Shown here: positions 1 to 12,328 of the stretch, piece by piece
Numbering within the stretch: the first letter of the stretch is position 1
Layout of the letters: each line of letters begins with the position of its first letter
Assembly: GCF_001194135.2 (NCBI RefSeq)
Contig: NC_068981.1
Span: forward strand, 98,427,527 to 98,491,526
Direction: 5' to 3'
DNA length: 64,000 nt
Origin: Octopus bimaculoides
Taxonomy: Eukaryota
Position numbers and translations under genes: made by a program
The notes under the pieces: model-generated
Database searches by the model: none
The model's input: the letters and a program-made list of their open reading frames with translations, nothing else
What the model was told of the DNA's origin: nothing

Positions 1-339
1 TATATATATGTATATATATATATATATTAAGCTAAACTGCCTGCTAACAAATTCATCTGCCGAATTAGATGCTAAATACTTTAGCTTTATAGAACATCTA
101 TTTTTCATTTTCATTTTATCTAGTTTCAGCTCATGAGCTGTGGCCATGCTGGGGCACCGCCATTTTATATGTGTATAAATGTAAAAAACAAATATTTGTT
201 GTTTTTTATTAGAAGCACTGAAATGTGTATTGTATGATACAAATAAGTTAATATTTCTTTGAATGCAGAGTTGCCGTTAGAACAACAGAAATACTAGATA
301 AATTACCCTTACAAGGCAGAAAAGTGTGTCAACAACCAA

Positions 340-386
<47 letters not shown>

Positions 387-387
<1 letters not shown>

Positions 388-500
388 GGGCCCGGAAACA
401 GGGGATGCAGGGGGTGCACTTGCACCCCCTAAAATTTGTGGGGGTGCAAAATTCAATATTGTACCCCTACTCACCTTTCTCATGCTTAGAAAACAGTGTC
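387..500 (+). mobile_element. Possible DNA-transposon terminal segment (hAT-like GC-rich end)
   Basis: aagggcccgga...gggggtgcacttgcaccccc subterminal palindromes resembling hAT-type MITE ends; opposite end not found. Confidence 0.3.
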
Positions 501-1929
501 TAAAAATTGATTGGTAAAAAGTTGTTTGAAGTTAAGTTTCTTCACAAAATAAAAACAAAGAACAAAACTAAATAAAAAGAAAACTCTCACAAAATTCCTA
601 GAAAGATATGTTACTGAACTAAAGCTTCCTCAACATTAAAGTTATACATGTAATATATATGTGTGTGTGTTTGTGCATATACACTGTTGCAAAAGTGTTG
701 TAAGTCCAAAACGTTGCTTTTTCAGAAAAAGAAAAAAATAGTTTCACCATTCCATAGCAAAACCATTGTACTACACTTTGACAATTTTTGATATCTTGTC
801 AGCTGAGATATGATAGTTTGACCAAAATGAAAAAAAAAACCCATTTGGCTAAATTTGGACATGCAACAGTTTAACATAATAGCAACAATATATATAAACA
901 TCAACCATGGTCACTCCGCAGTACTAGCACAATTGATGAACTATTAAACTCCAGAATCAAGAGCAATCACAGTTAAGCTATCCACTTCCTCATTTCCTCT
1001 GAGTACCACAACTGGCCCCCTCGTCATCATTGCCATCATGTTCTACTGATACTACCCTTACCACAACTAAACAATAGCAATGACAAGATCAGTATTGGAA
1101 GTCACTCTCCAATACTAGAACAATTGATGACCCATTAAACAACACAGTCCCTAGTACTTTTTTCCACAGTCAGGCCACTAAAATTCTCAGAATGATACAA
1201 GACATCCATCATCACCATTGTTATCCTTTTGTACGGCTACTACCATTACCACTACTACTACTTCAATTAGTGAAGAATCACTAGCCCCCACCCCCCACTG
1301 TCCACCCCAGTCTGAATGTATACCTGACAGCTCCATGGTAAATCTTCCAACTGTAAATAAAATAAAATTATGAACACATAAAACTCCAAAATATGCCACT
1401 TTTCTCAACACAAGAGACTATGCATATGCAGTGACTGCAATTTCACCCATTTACTTAGGACAAAACACACAATTTCTACAAGCAATACCAGCCAACACCA
1501 AACTACACATCTTATACCACCACCACCTTCACCACTACAACAAAACACTAAATCACACTTAATAACTTTTACACATGTAACCCAGAATCCCAAAATCTGT
1601 TGCTATTCCCAACACAAAAGATTATTCCTGAGGTGTGATTGTCCCTTCGTTCATCTTTCAGGGAATTGATACACTAGTAAAAGCATGACACCAAACCACC
1701 ACCAAATCCACAGTAGAAACATCTCTTACAGTGGCAGTGTTGGTCCAGACTTTCATTAAAACCCAGAAGTCACCCAGATATCTACTGGGTATAATAGTAA
1801 AATCAAGTCGCAAACAATATAACTATAACCGTATTGAACAGTGCAACCTCAACAACTCCAGACATCAACCCCTCTCAAAACATGAAAATTCTTTTCTAGT
1901 GATGATGAATCTGGCAAAAGAAGTTTAGA

Positions 1930-4915
1930 AAAAAAAAAAAGAAAAACTTCTAGCTTTCACACAGCACCAACCACTGCTATTACCCCAGTGTACAACTTTA
2001 ACATTGCTGTCCTTAACCGACAAACTCAACTCAATAATAATGCCAAATGTATGAGGTCTTTCACACTTCACAAATAAAACAAAAGTATCATATCTTAGAG
2101 ACCTTGTACAGTGAGAATAGAAAATATGTGTAGCACTAAGTGAAATGCACCAGAGTCCAGACATGTTCAATGCGGAATTACATATGCCAGGTTATGTACT
2201 ACTCAGAGCTGACCACAAAATACAGAAAGAAGGAGAAATAGCAATTTCCATCCAAGAAGACCTGGCAACAAACGTCCTCCTCTCCAAATCCAACACAGTG
2301 TGCAATACACTAATAATGTATGTGACTGACCCCAGTTTGATCATAGGTATTACCTACTGTCTTGCTGATGCATCTAACTTCAGAGATCACTTTCAAAGAT
2401 GCTTTGTCACACATAAGTCAAATCCCAAATGAGCCCAGCCCATGGGCCAATGTACTTTTAACAGGAGACTTTAATTTTCCTAGTCTCAGCTGACCTGAGG
2501 GCTATATTCAACCTGAAATTAAACAACTGAACAGGAGAGATATGAATGTTCTTCTCGATACCACTAAAGACTTCCTCATGCAGCAAATTATTACCCATCC
2601 AACATACTTGACCTTGTATTTACCACCAATACAGGTTTCATTCACAATGTTCAGGTCATTCCCACAGCTATTTTCGACCACAGCATTATACAATTATCAA
2701 AGATGGCAACACACAAATAACATCAAATATGACTGACTCCACATGAACTTGAATTTCAGGAAGGCCAAGTGAAAGGAAACCGAAACTGAAATCCTCTAAA
2801 CAAACTGGTCTCCACATATTGGGAACCCCAATGTTAACGAGGGAATGAAGTTTCTGTATGAAGAGATAATCAGGATCCGCTAAAAGCATGCTCCATATAA
2901 ACTCGTCTATTCTCACAAGCACTTGATTCCACAAGACAGATGGATACTAATGTGTAACAGAACCAAACCAACAAAACAACTAAAAAACCAAACTCTCTCA
3001 ACAGATGCAATTGAGAAGAAAAAGAAAAGGAACATCGAACTGGACCTAAACTATCTCATGAAAAAGAAGTTTAGCAAAGGGAACAACAAGCAGTGTAAAA
3101 TATAAAATGTATTTCTAAGTTCTTATGCCACTTAGCTAAAGAAAAATTAGCTACACAAAACCAGATTGGCTCTCTAATGGATCAAAATGGATCATAGACA
3201 AATGATTCATCACAAATTTACACATTCTTGAGTTATCATTATGACATTGCATATTCCCAACCTATAGTTTATGAAATAATATATGAACAGAATGAATTCT
3301 CTGATCCCCAGGACTCAACTGCAGACACATCTGAAAATTAACGATATTATGAAAGGTGACATACTTACAGCTAATGACCTAGATTGAAACTCAGCATCTA
3401 GACCAGATGGTCTCCCAGCTATGCTGCTAAAAACATACAAAAACAGCTTCGTGAAGCCATTAGAGGTACTATTTCAAAAGTCACTATATACTGGCGAATT
3501 ATCAGACCCACTAAAAGACACAATACTAACATCTATACACAAAGGAGGGTAACAGGGCTGAAGCTAAAAATTACAGACCTGATTCTCTCACATCTCAAGC
3601 ATCTAAAATTATCAAATGCATTGTCCAAAATAGAATTAAAGAATCTCATAGATGACATATAGCATGGTTTTTGGATGAAGTTGCCTTACACAACTATTAC
3701 AACACCATAACACTATTCTTAAAAATCATTTGAGAAGAAAGGACACTGACTGTATATACTTTAATCTTGTTAAGGCATTTGATAAGATTGTTCATTTAAT
3801 CATCTGTCATAAGTTAAGGGATCTTGGTATAACAGGAAAACTCAGAAAATGGCTCTTTGGACATCCTACATGGTAAGAGCCAATCTGTTGCTGCATATAG
3901 TTTTCTATCTGCAAAGTCACCTGTAATAAGTAATATGCCTCAAGGAATGATTCTAGGACTATTATTATTTATCATTGACCTATCACAAGTGCACATTGAC
4001 CTATTACATTGACCTATCACAAGTGCACACATCAATGATGCCAATGATTCAAAAATATCAATGACTATCCAAACTCTAAAAGATACTTTCACACTCCAAA
4101 ATGAGCTAAACCTCATTTATTAATGGGTGGATTAAAACAATATGAAATTTAATATATCAAAATTTCAGTTTCTTCATTACAGAGGGAATACACACAAATC
4201 ACAATATTTGATACCAGAATGATTCAGAGCGCTAAAGACATACAGGAGTTACGAGTAATCTTGTCAAATGATGCATCTTTCATTAGCCACATCACCAAAC
4301 TGATATCTAAATGCAGACATCTCATAGGATGGATTCACAAACCTTTGTGACAAGAGAGCCAGTAGTTCGGCTTACTGAATGGAAAACCAGATTTCTGAGC
4401 AGGTTAGATTACAGCTCACAGCTTTGGTCTCATAGAAGAAATTGAAGGTTACAAAGAACATTCACCAGTAAAATACCTTTGGTTAAAAGCCTTAACTATT
4501 GGGAATATTTGAAAGTGTTGCATCTCTACTATCTTGAATGCTGAAGAGAGAGATATACTATTACATATGTATGGAAAATCCTGTTCCAAACTTCAACATT
4601 ATAGAGAATTTTAATGCTTGAAGTGTTAGACACTGTCAGATTCCAAATATACCACCTTTGTAATCATGAGCAAAATCACTTTATTGTACGAGTCTGATAT
4701 TTGGAGGTCCTCAACTGTTCAACTGCCTGCCTAAAGTAGTCAAAAATATAAAAAGGAACCACTACTGAAACACTAAACAAAAAACATTGGATAAACTTCT
4801 AACAATAATACCGGACCAGTCAGTCATTCAAGGATGCACACAGAGGAGACCAGCTGCTACCAACTCAACCACAGACCAGCTTCCAGCCATAAAATGATAA
4901 CACAACTGATAGAAA
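1930..4915 (+). mobile_element. Decayed CR1/L2-group LINE (endonuclease plus RT pseudogene)
   Basis: EN remnants AELHMPGYVLLRAD (ORF 2145-2432) and TGDFNFP (about 2461); RT remnants NYRP (about 3570), KAFDK (about 3775), PQG..LG.LLF (about 3940); many stops and frameshifts. Confidence 0.8.
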
Positions 4916-4920
4916 ATAAA

Positions 4921-7039
4921 TGTCATGTGCAAAGGAGTGTGCCATTTTCACTACATCTCTCCTTTTAGTATTTTTTTCTTTGAGAAGCAAGTAATTTTAT
5001 TTTACTTTATTCACCTCACCCTTCCCTTTTTAGCATTTTCTTTTTTCAACTTAATATTTTTTCTTTTTGGTGTCTATTTGTAGGAACTCTGTGTTCTTCC
5101 TTTTTATTCCACTTGTACACGTTGGTTCAACCATCTGTAATGGTGTTGGTACCTGGAATGTGTCATACAGCCATTTCTTCCAAAAAAAACATTTGGAAAC
5201 AATTAAAAAAATTTTTTGTCTCAGTTGTTCGACATCATTCAAATTTTCGACTGCACCGACTGCATTTTCACAGAGAACACTAATGGAAGTATCCCACATT
5301 TTGAATAACTCCATGCATTCTGTGCCAAATAGGTTAAGTGATCTTTTCATTGTCCTTTTCATTTCACCTTGAAAAGTTACATTGCAAATACATTCGTCGA
5401 TGAAATATAATTTCTTTCCTGTAACAACATATGCTACTTTATTTGATTTAATTTATTTCAGCTTACTGATTTGTCGCCATGTTTTTTCATTTATGATAGT
5501 GATGTCACTACTCATGTCTAATTGCATTTTGACACTAGTGGTTTTGATTCTCACCTTTATGAATTTTCTGTTTGCTATAACAAACTATTTATTTTTTCTC
5601 GTTTGGTTCAATTTTTTGTTATCTTAGTTCTGCAGTGCAATTTAATGTGTTCTGTATTTCCACAATGAAAACACTTCACATTTTTGAACAGTCACTCTTT
5701 TCTCAAGTACCTACCACCACATACCATACATGAGTTTATCTCCTGATGTAAATCGTGTTTTTTGTGAAACACTTTATCTGTCTTCTGACTCTTTTGCACT
5801 GGTTTTATCTGTAAACAATCTCTGTGTTGGATTTCTTGTGTTGTGCCTTACTTTTAATATCATATTGCACTCTTCTGACATTTTCTGGAGACTTATATCC
5901 TGATCCATTTTCAGCTTTGCAAGGAATTTTCATTCTGACTTCTGTGTCCTTTTTAGCAGTAAGTCCCTGAGCAAAAATCAGGCACTTGGACGAATCTGGA
6001 GTTGGTTTATCCAATTTAAATCTCTCTCACTCTCTGTTCACTCTAACTACATATGTAGTAAAGTCTTTGCCATTGTTTTTCTCAGTGTTCAAACACTTCC
6101 AATATGTGTTGGTTAATGATGTTTTTTCACTGAACATTTTACATAAAATGTCAACTGTGTCTTTGAAATTTATGTCAGAAACTTTTTTAGGCAATATAGA
6201 GTTACAGTATTTCTCATGCTCTATCATCACCAGTTACCTCAGAATTTTACATGTTTTCATTTCGTCCATCCAGTCTTGGCATTCTTTTTCAAAAATTTGT
6301 TCAAATCTTCAGTAATATGCCTCAAAAGTGATTCTGTCTTTCGGGTCATATGTAAATTTATTTACTGAATTTGCTACATGGTCTGGCGAAAACGTATTTT
6401 CTAGTTTTGTTACCAACTTCATTAGTTGTAGCATTTGTTTCTGTAACATTTGTTGTTGTTCTTGTTGTTCTTTGAGTTGTTGTTGTTGCTGTTTTTGCAA
6501 CTCAACTAAACCCTCTGACAAGTTTTCCATAATTTTACAGATTTTCGTAAAATATATACAACAAAAATTTTTGTTACTCCTCTGTTGAGTTTTTAATTTC
6601 TTCACGTGAAAACTTTTTCAACGTCATCCACGTAAATTGTTTATTTTTTGTGAAAAATAAATTTTTTTTCAACGTTGTCCACACAAATTGTTTATATCCT
6701 CATCACCGCTGTTATAATGTGGATCCTCATCCACTTGTATGTTATTGTCGGTACTGTAATACTCTTGTTGCCACTATTATGTTGTGGTGGTATTCCACAT
6801 CTTATTATCTTTGACTCATCTATCATGATATTGCTGATGGCTCTGTAAGACAATAACTTTAAAATGTCTACTTTGATGGTAACTTGAACTCGTATATATC
6901 ACGTAACTGACACTCCAATTGAGAACTCATACAATAACTCTACTACTACTGGCCTCTTACAACGACTGACTGCCTGACTTTATAGTGGTTACGTCATACC
7001 ACTTTATCATGTAGGAAGGAGTGTACCATTTTCACTACA
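4921..7039 (-). mobile_element. Internally deleted Ty3/Gypsy LTR retrotransposon
   Basis: 5' LTR starts TGTAGTGAAAATGG at 7039; the same start recurs at 4955 right after a purine tract AAAAGGAGAGA; gag (ORFs 6309-6605, 6027-6230, 5805-6014), CCHC knuckle about 5640-5700, protease end LNLFGTEC and RT start (5051-5362). Confidence 0.85.
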
Positions 7040-9148
7040 ACAGTTACGTAATCATAAGGTTTATGTAGTGACAGTCATGTTCCACAACTGTTGTTAGTTG
7101 TAGAACATGACTGTCACTACATAAACCTGATGATTGTGTAATGCATGAAAGTACTAGTTTATTTCAATATTGTAAAATTGTAAAAATCACATATAATAAA
7201 ATGTGAAAATCTGACTAAGTTGGAATTTCATTGATTAATATATATATCAGGTCATTAAGAATGAAATGTCTGATTTTCTTATGCACTAAGTTTATTTTTA
7301 ACTCTAATGTTTTATCCTGACAATTCTTTGTTTTACAACATTAAGGTGTGTGAGGGGTTTTTCCCAGTCAAGATCTTCAATGTTTTTTTTTTTTAAACAC
7401 ATCCTCAAGATAAATCAAGAGCTTAAGTTATATGATATTTGATACACCTGTATTTGTCTATGTTTTTCAACTATATGACACTGCCCACTTTAAGTTATTT
7501 CCCTCAGCTCAATTTTTTTTAATTATGCAAATTACCTAGACCATAAATGTATTTTATTCTTTTTATATAGGTCTCAGTCTCTTCACTACTGAAGATAAGG
7601 CCAGACAGTTGTTATGCTGATGATGCTTACTGAGGCAGAAATATGTGTTCACCATTGTCCTCTTATCTCCAGACAATAAGCATGTTCTTGTCCTTAATGG
7701 TATGTCAACCTTGGAGAATTCTTGAGTCTTGCGATTATCTCTCCTTTTCATATGCAGCTGGTTTTAATTGCCTTTTGGTAATTGTAACATATACTTTAGA
7801 AACAGAGATAACTCTAATAAATCAAGAATTTATATTGTATAGTATTTGTCTATGTTGTTCAAATACATGTCACTGGCCACATTGAATTATTCCTCTTCGC
7901 TGATTTTCTTTTGCTTAAAGTATATATAGTCAGTTGAAAATTTAGTCAAACCATAATGTTATGTTATATGATGTGTACAAATCAGGTTGCTGACACATAT
8001 CAGAAGGAAGGCTGTTCAAGGGCAGTGTGAAGAATGACATTTTAATATGCCAGACCACTGGTTTTAATTGATTAATATCAATTTCTACCCTTATTAATAA
8101 ATTTTAAATAATGATGTTCTCAAACCGGTAAATTAGCTGCAAAACTTTATTAACTGCAGAGTTATTTCTGGACTTAGCGCGCCAGATTGAAGACATTTGA
8201 AAGGATACACTGAATGTAATTTGTAGAACTCTACATGTGCTCCCTTTCGGGTGGACGTCTTGTGTCTAGTTCTGGAAATTATATTTTATAAATCGACAGA
8301 CTACACTGATGATCCTGCAGATATTTACTTATGTAAATTCTAACAGGTGAAACCATGGTACGTAGGTTAATCTTTTTTTTNNNNNNNNNNNNNNNNNNNN
8401 NNNNNNNNNNNNNNNNNNNNNNNNNNNNNNNNNNNNNNNNNNNNNNNNNNNNNNNNNNNNNNNNNNNNNNNNNNNNNNNNNNNNNNNNNNNNNNNNNNNN
8501 NNNNNNNNNNNNNNNNNNNNNNNNNNNNNNNNNNNNNNNNNNNNNNNATTTTAATATGCCAGACCACTGGTTTTAATTGATTAATATCAATTTCTACCCT
8601 TATTAATAAATTATATATATATATATATATAAATATATATAGTTTTAGGGAAAAGAACCGAGGTTCATGAACTCATTGATGAAAATCCACTGTCACATAT
8701 AGAAAAATTAATAAGTAAAAGCACAATAAATAAGTATAATATAATACAAAGTAAATATCATAAGATAAAGATAATAAAACTACTACATATGTTTCATAAC
8801 CAATTTTCAAATAGAAAGATAATTTAAATCGATTAAAACTATTAAAAATCAATTCTATTCAAAAATATAGCTAATCTTCAAGTCAAAATACAACAATAAT
8901 GATAATAAAAGAATGTATATATCAACAAACAATAAATAACAAATGAATGTAGATAAAATACTTATTATATTAAGATAGAAAAATATTATTAAAAGTATCA
9001 AAATTATAAACATTCCATAACCAACCCTACGTCCATTATAATATAAGCTAACAAGAATATTATATGCAAAAACCAACTTAACGAATTTTTCGTTTAAAAT
9101 ACAATTTGAACGAAGTTTTAGGTTAAAATAATAAAGGTAGAATATATA

Positions 9149-9369
9149 TATGATGGGGTACTGAAAAGTTCCTGGCTTTGGGTAAAAGAAAATACAAGGC
9201 GATAAGTTAATTATGATTTTATTCAACATATTCCCCTCTCAGATTCACACACTTATTGCAGCAGTCCTTCAGTTTTACTAAACCCTGTTAAAGCATTTGG
9301 AAGGTTGGTCCACCAGCCAAGCCTTTCACAATACCCTTAAAGCCAGGAACATTTCAGCACAACCTTGTA
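9149..9369 (+). mobile_element. Mariner-type MITE, about 220 bp
   Basis: TIRs tgatggggtactgaaaagttcctggcttt / aaagccaggaacatttcagcacaaccttg flanked by TA; second copy inverted at 53613-53834. Confidence 0.8.
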
Positions 9370-9639
9370 GTTTACTCTCAGATTACTGGGACATCGTGAT
9401 TGTTATTATTTTTCCTTAAGTCAATCATCTCAAGCTGACAAAATTCTTAACTGCTAAATTGTGTAAAGTGTATTATGTTGCTAAGCATCAACACACATAA
9501 GGTGTGTGGCGATCGTGTTTATTTAGGAGTGAAAGTTGATAAAGAAATACATAGTGATCCATTTATAGTAAAATAGTGCAACATGTTGCAAAATGAAAAC
9601 AAAGGCTCAATGTGAAAATAAACAAGCATCATGCTCAGT

Positions 9640-9965
9640 ACAAAAGCACACAGAGTTATATTGAAGAATATGATTTGTTCTTTTCAGTAGCAGCTGATAC
9701 TTCAGACAAAGAGCAACACAAGTTTTTCCCTATGTATCTGGAATACAATACTTTGGGCAAAGAGAGTGCAACATTTGTTACTTGACTTTTACAGCAACAA
9801 CAATGAATTTTATCAGAGAATATAACAAATATTCTGCTAACTAAAACTAGAGCCAAGAAGTCTGGATGAATCTGAAAATGCATTGTCTCCATATACTAAT
9901 GTCAATGCAAATGTAAACTGTGGGGAACTCAACTGTATTCATCAAAACCTGAAAATTGCTCAAAA
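9640..9965 (+). mobile_element. hAT transposase remnant
   Basis: FFSVAADTSDKEQHKFFPMYLEY and SPYTNVNANVNCGELNCIHQNLK resemble hAT catalytic-region motifs (FS...D.S....K.FP; DNA..N.G..N.V...LK); stops present. Confidence 0.6.
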
Positions 9966-9969
9966 GAAT

Positions 9970-10090
9970 CCATCATCATCATCGTCACTGCTGCCATTGC
10001 CGCCACCACCGCCACCACTGCCGCCACCACCATCGCCACCACTGCCGCCACCGCCACCACCACCACCACCACCACCATCATCATCATCAT
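9970..10090. repeat. (CCA/CCG/CAT)n trinucleotide microsatellite
   Basis: Directly visible; source of the poly-Pro ORF. Confidence 0.95.
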
Positions 10091-10319
10091 TTTAAGGATG
10101 CTTTCCATGATGGCATGGATTGACTGGTTTGACAGGATCCTGTTCCAGCATCTCAGTTTTGGTATGGCTTCTAAGGCTGTATATTCTAACATCAACCACT
10201 TTGCAGAATGTATTGGGTACATTTTTGTAACACCAGTCATCTTGCTTTGGGCAAGGCTGAACTCCTTTTGATTCTGAATTATCTCTGCGTTATCTTGATT
10301 CTATATATGAAGCCAAAAC

Positions 10320-10600
10320 TCATCCTGGCTTAGGAAAGTTCAAGGAAAGCAGCTGGATCTGCCTCAAACAATTTCAGATTTTTCCATGATGTGATCAGCC
10401 TTGTGCACTTTTGACTGGGTGTTACAAGATGTGGAACCCAACAAGCAAAAACCTCCATCATGCCAAGTTCATTGTGCTGAATATTTTCAACTCTCTCACA
10501 GAATATGCTAATAGCATGGACTATTTGATTTATAGTCAATTGCCTGTCATCCATCACCATGTGGGAACACTATCAATGTTTTGGCTGATTTTCATGAGTA
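10320..10600 (-). mobile_element. Mariner transposase fragment
   Basis: ORF 10330-10560 MVMDDRQLTINQIVHAISI...ELGMMEVFACWVPHLVT, matching the mariner HTH-WVPRLLT region. Confidence 0.85.
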
Positions 10601-11199
10601 TGATGAATCATCATCATCATCATCATCATCATCGTTTAACGTCCGCTTTCCANNNNNNNNNNNNNNNNNNNNNNNNNNNNNNNNNNNNNNNNNNNNNNNN
10701 NNNNNNNNNNNNNNNNNNNNNNNNNNNNNNNNNNNNNNNNNNNNNNNNNNNNATGCTAGCATGGAAAGCAGACGTTAAACGGTGATGATGATGATGATGA
10801 TACATACATATAGGAAACTCTGCTTAACTCCACTTAACCAAGATTTGAAACCTGCACACTTGTTGTTTCTTAGATGAATGTTCGATCCTTTGTGTTTCAT
10901 CTCTATGTTGGGAAATTAATGAAAAACGCCTGACTTCCAAGGGCTTTCGGTGATCAGAGAAAGGTCAATCCATTGTTTTAGATTTTACCTACTTCCTGAC
11001 CAAACCTTATATAAGTGAGAGCATCTCTCTCTCACCCTCTTCAGGTTTTGAATTGGCTAAGCAAGAGCACATCTCTTTCTTCATTTCAGCCATCAAACGA
11101 GGAACACAGCATCAGCCAAATGAAAAGGGACAATGCATTTCTTACTCTTTCTTCACCTCTGTTATTTCAAAAAACTCCATAAAGATGAAAAGTAAAGCT

Positions 11200-11720
11200 G
11201 ATCTCAGTGTAATTTGAACTCAGATTCTGCCAGCTTGCTGCCTTAATAATGATAACAATAATTCTTTTTATTACAGACTTAAGCCTGAAATTTTGAGGAG
11301 AAGAGGCCTAGTCAATTACATTGACTCCAGTGCTTGACAGGTACTTATTTTATCAACCCCAAAAGAATGAAAGACAAAGTAAACCATGACAGAATTTGAA
11401 CCCAGATCATAAAGACAGATAAAATGCTACTAAGCCTTTTATCCATCATGCTAACAATTCTATAAGCTTGTTGCCTCGTTGGTTTCAAATTTTGGCACAA
11501 GGCCAGCAATTTCAGGGGAGAGAATAAGTTAAATACATTAACCTCATTCATCAACTGGTATTTATTTTATTATCCCCAAAATGAATGAAAGACAAAGTCA
11601 ACTTCAGCAACATTTGAACTCATGACATAAAACTGGAAGAAATGTCATTAAGCATTTTGTCAAGCATGCTAATACTTCTGCCAAATCACTGCCAAGTCAA
11701 CCTTTGAAGGGTTTGAATTC
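11200..11720 (-). mobile_element. Cluster of about 3 tRNA-headed SINEs with Nin/Deu-like core
   Basis: Reverse complements of gactttgcctttcatcc...gataaaataagtacca repeated. Confidence 0.7.
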
Positions 11721-12046
11721 AAATCATAAAGAGTCAAGCTAAATACCATATGTGCGTGTGCACACACATACACACACACACGCATGCACACACATGCACA
11801 CACACATGACAGGTTTCTTGCAGTTTCCATCTATCAAATCCACTCACAAGGCTTTAGTCAGTGAGAGCCTATAGTAGAAGACACTTGCCCAAGGTGTCAC
11901 ACAATAAGACTGAACCTGGAACTATGTGGCTGGGAATCAAGCTTCTTATCACTCAGCCATGTTGGCAAATAATGTTAATATAAAAATAGTTAATAAAATA
12001 AATTTTCAAAAGACAGGAAAAATTAAAATCAGCATTATTCTGATAC

Positions 12047-12202
12047 CTTTTAGATTAAAAGCTTTGTCAATGGTGAATTTTAGGCCAATATCTGACTGGT
12101 ATGACACACACTGGTTAAGATTCAGAACTGGGAATGGTTGAATAGAATGGTCAGTATCCAACTTCTTCTTACACCATTCCATCATTTCAAATTCTGTCTG
12201 AT
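12047..12202 (-). CDS. Exon 18 ([16 protein letters not shown]...[22 protein letters not shown]), phase 1 to 1
   Basis: Acceptor ttaattttcctttaatag|AT; donor AAAG|gtatca; 156 nt open; unique non-repeat sequence. Confidence 0.75.
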
Positions 12203-12278
12203 CTATTAAAGGAAAATTAAAGATTGATATTTACACAGCGAAATTGAAGTTTACGCACACTCATAGACACACACACAG

Positions 12279-12328
<50 letters not shown>

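Noticed and set aside
277-517. ORFs with CVCV/HTHT runs, and similar ORFs throughout the track
   Set aside because: Translations of microsatellites; no coding signal.
7735-7793. Possible terminal exon VYVTITKRQLKPAAYEKER* (phase 1, acceptor tctaaag)
   Set aside because: Phase fits but there is no motif support. A DLDWEKP-containing frame at about 7300-7380 is an equally weak alternative.
8335-8370. Plus-strand micro-exon ctaacag|GTGAAACCATG|gtacgt
   Set aside because: Isolated splice-like signals next to a gap, with no partner exons.
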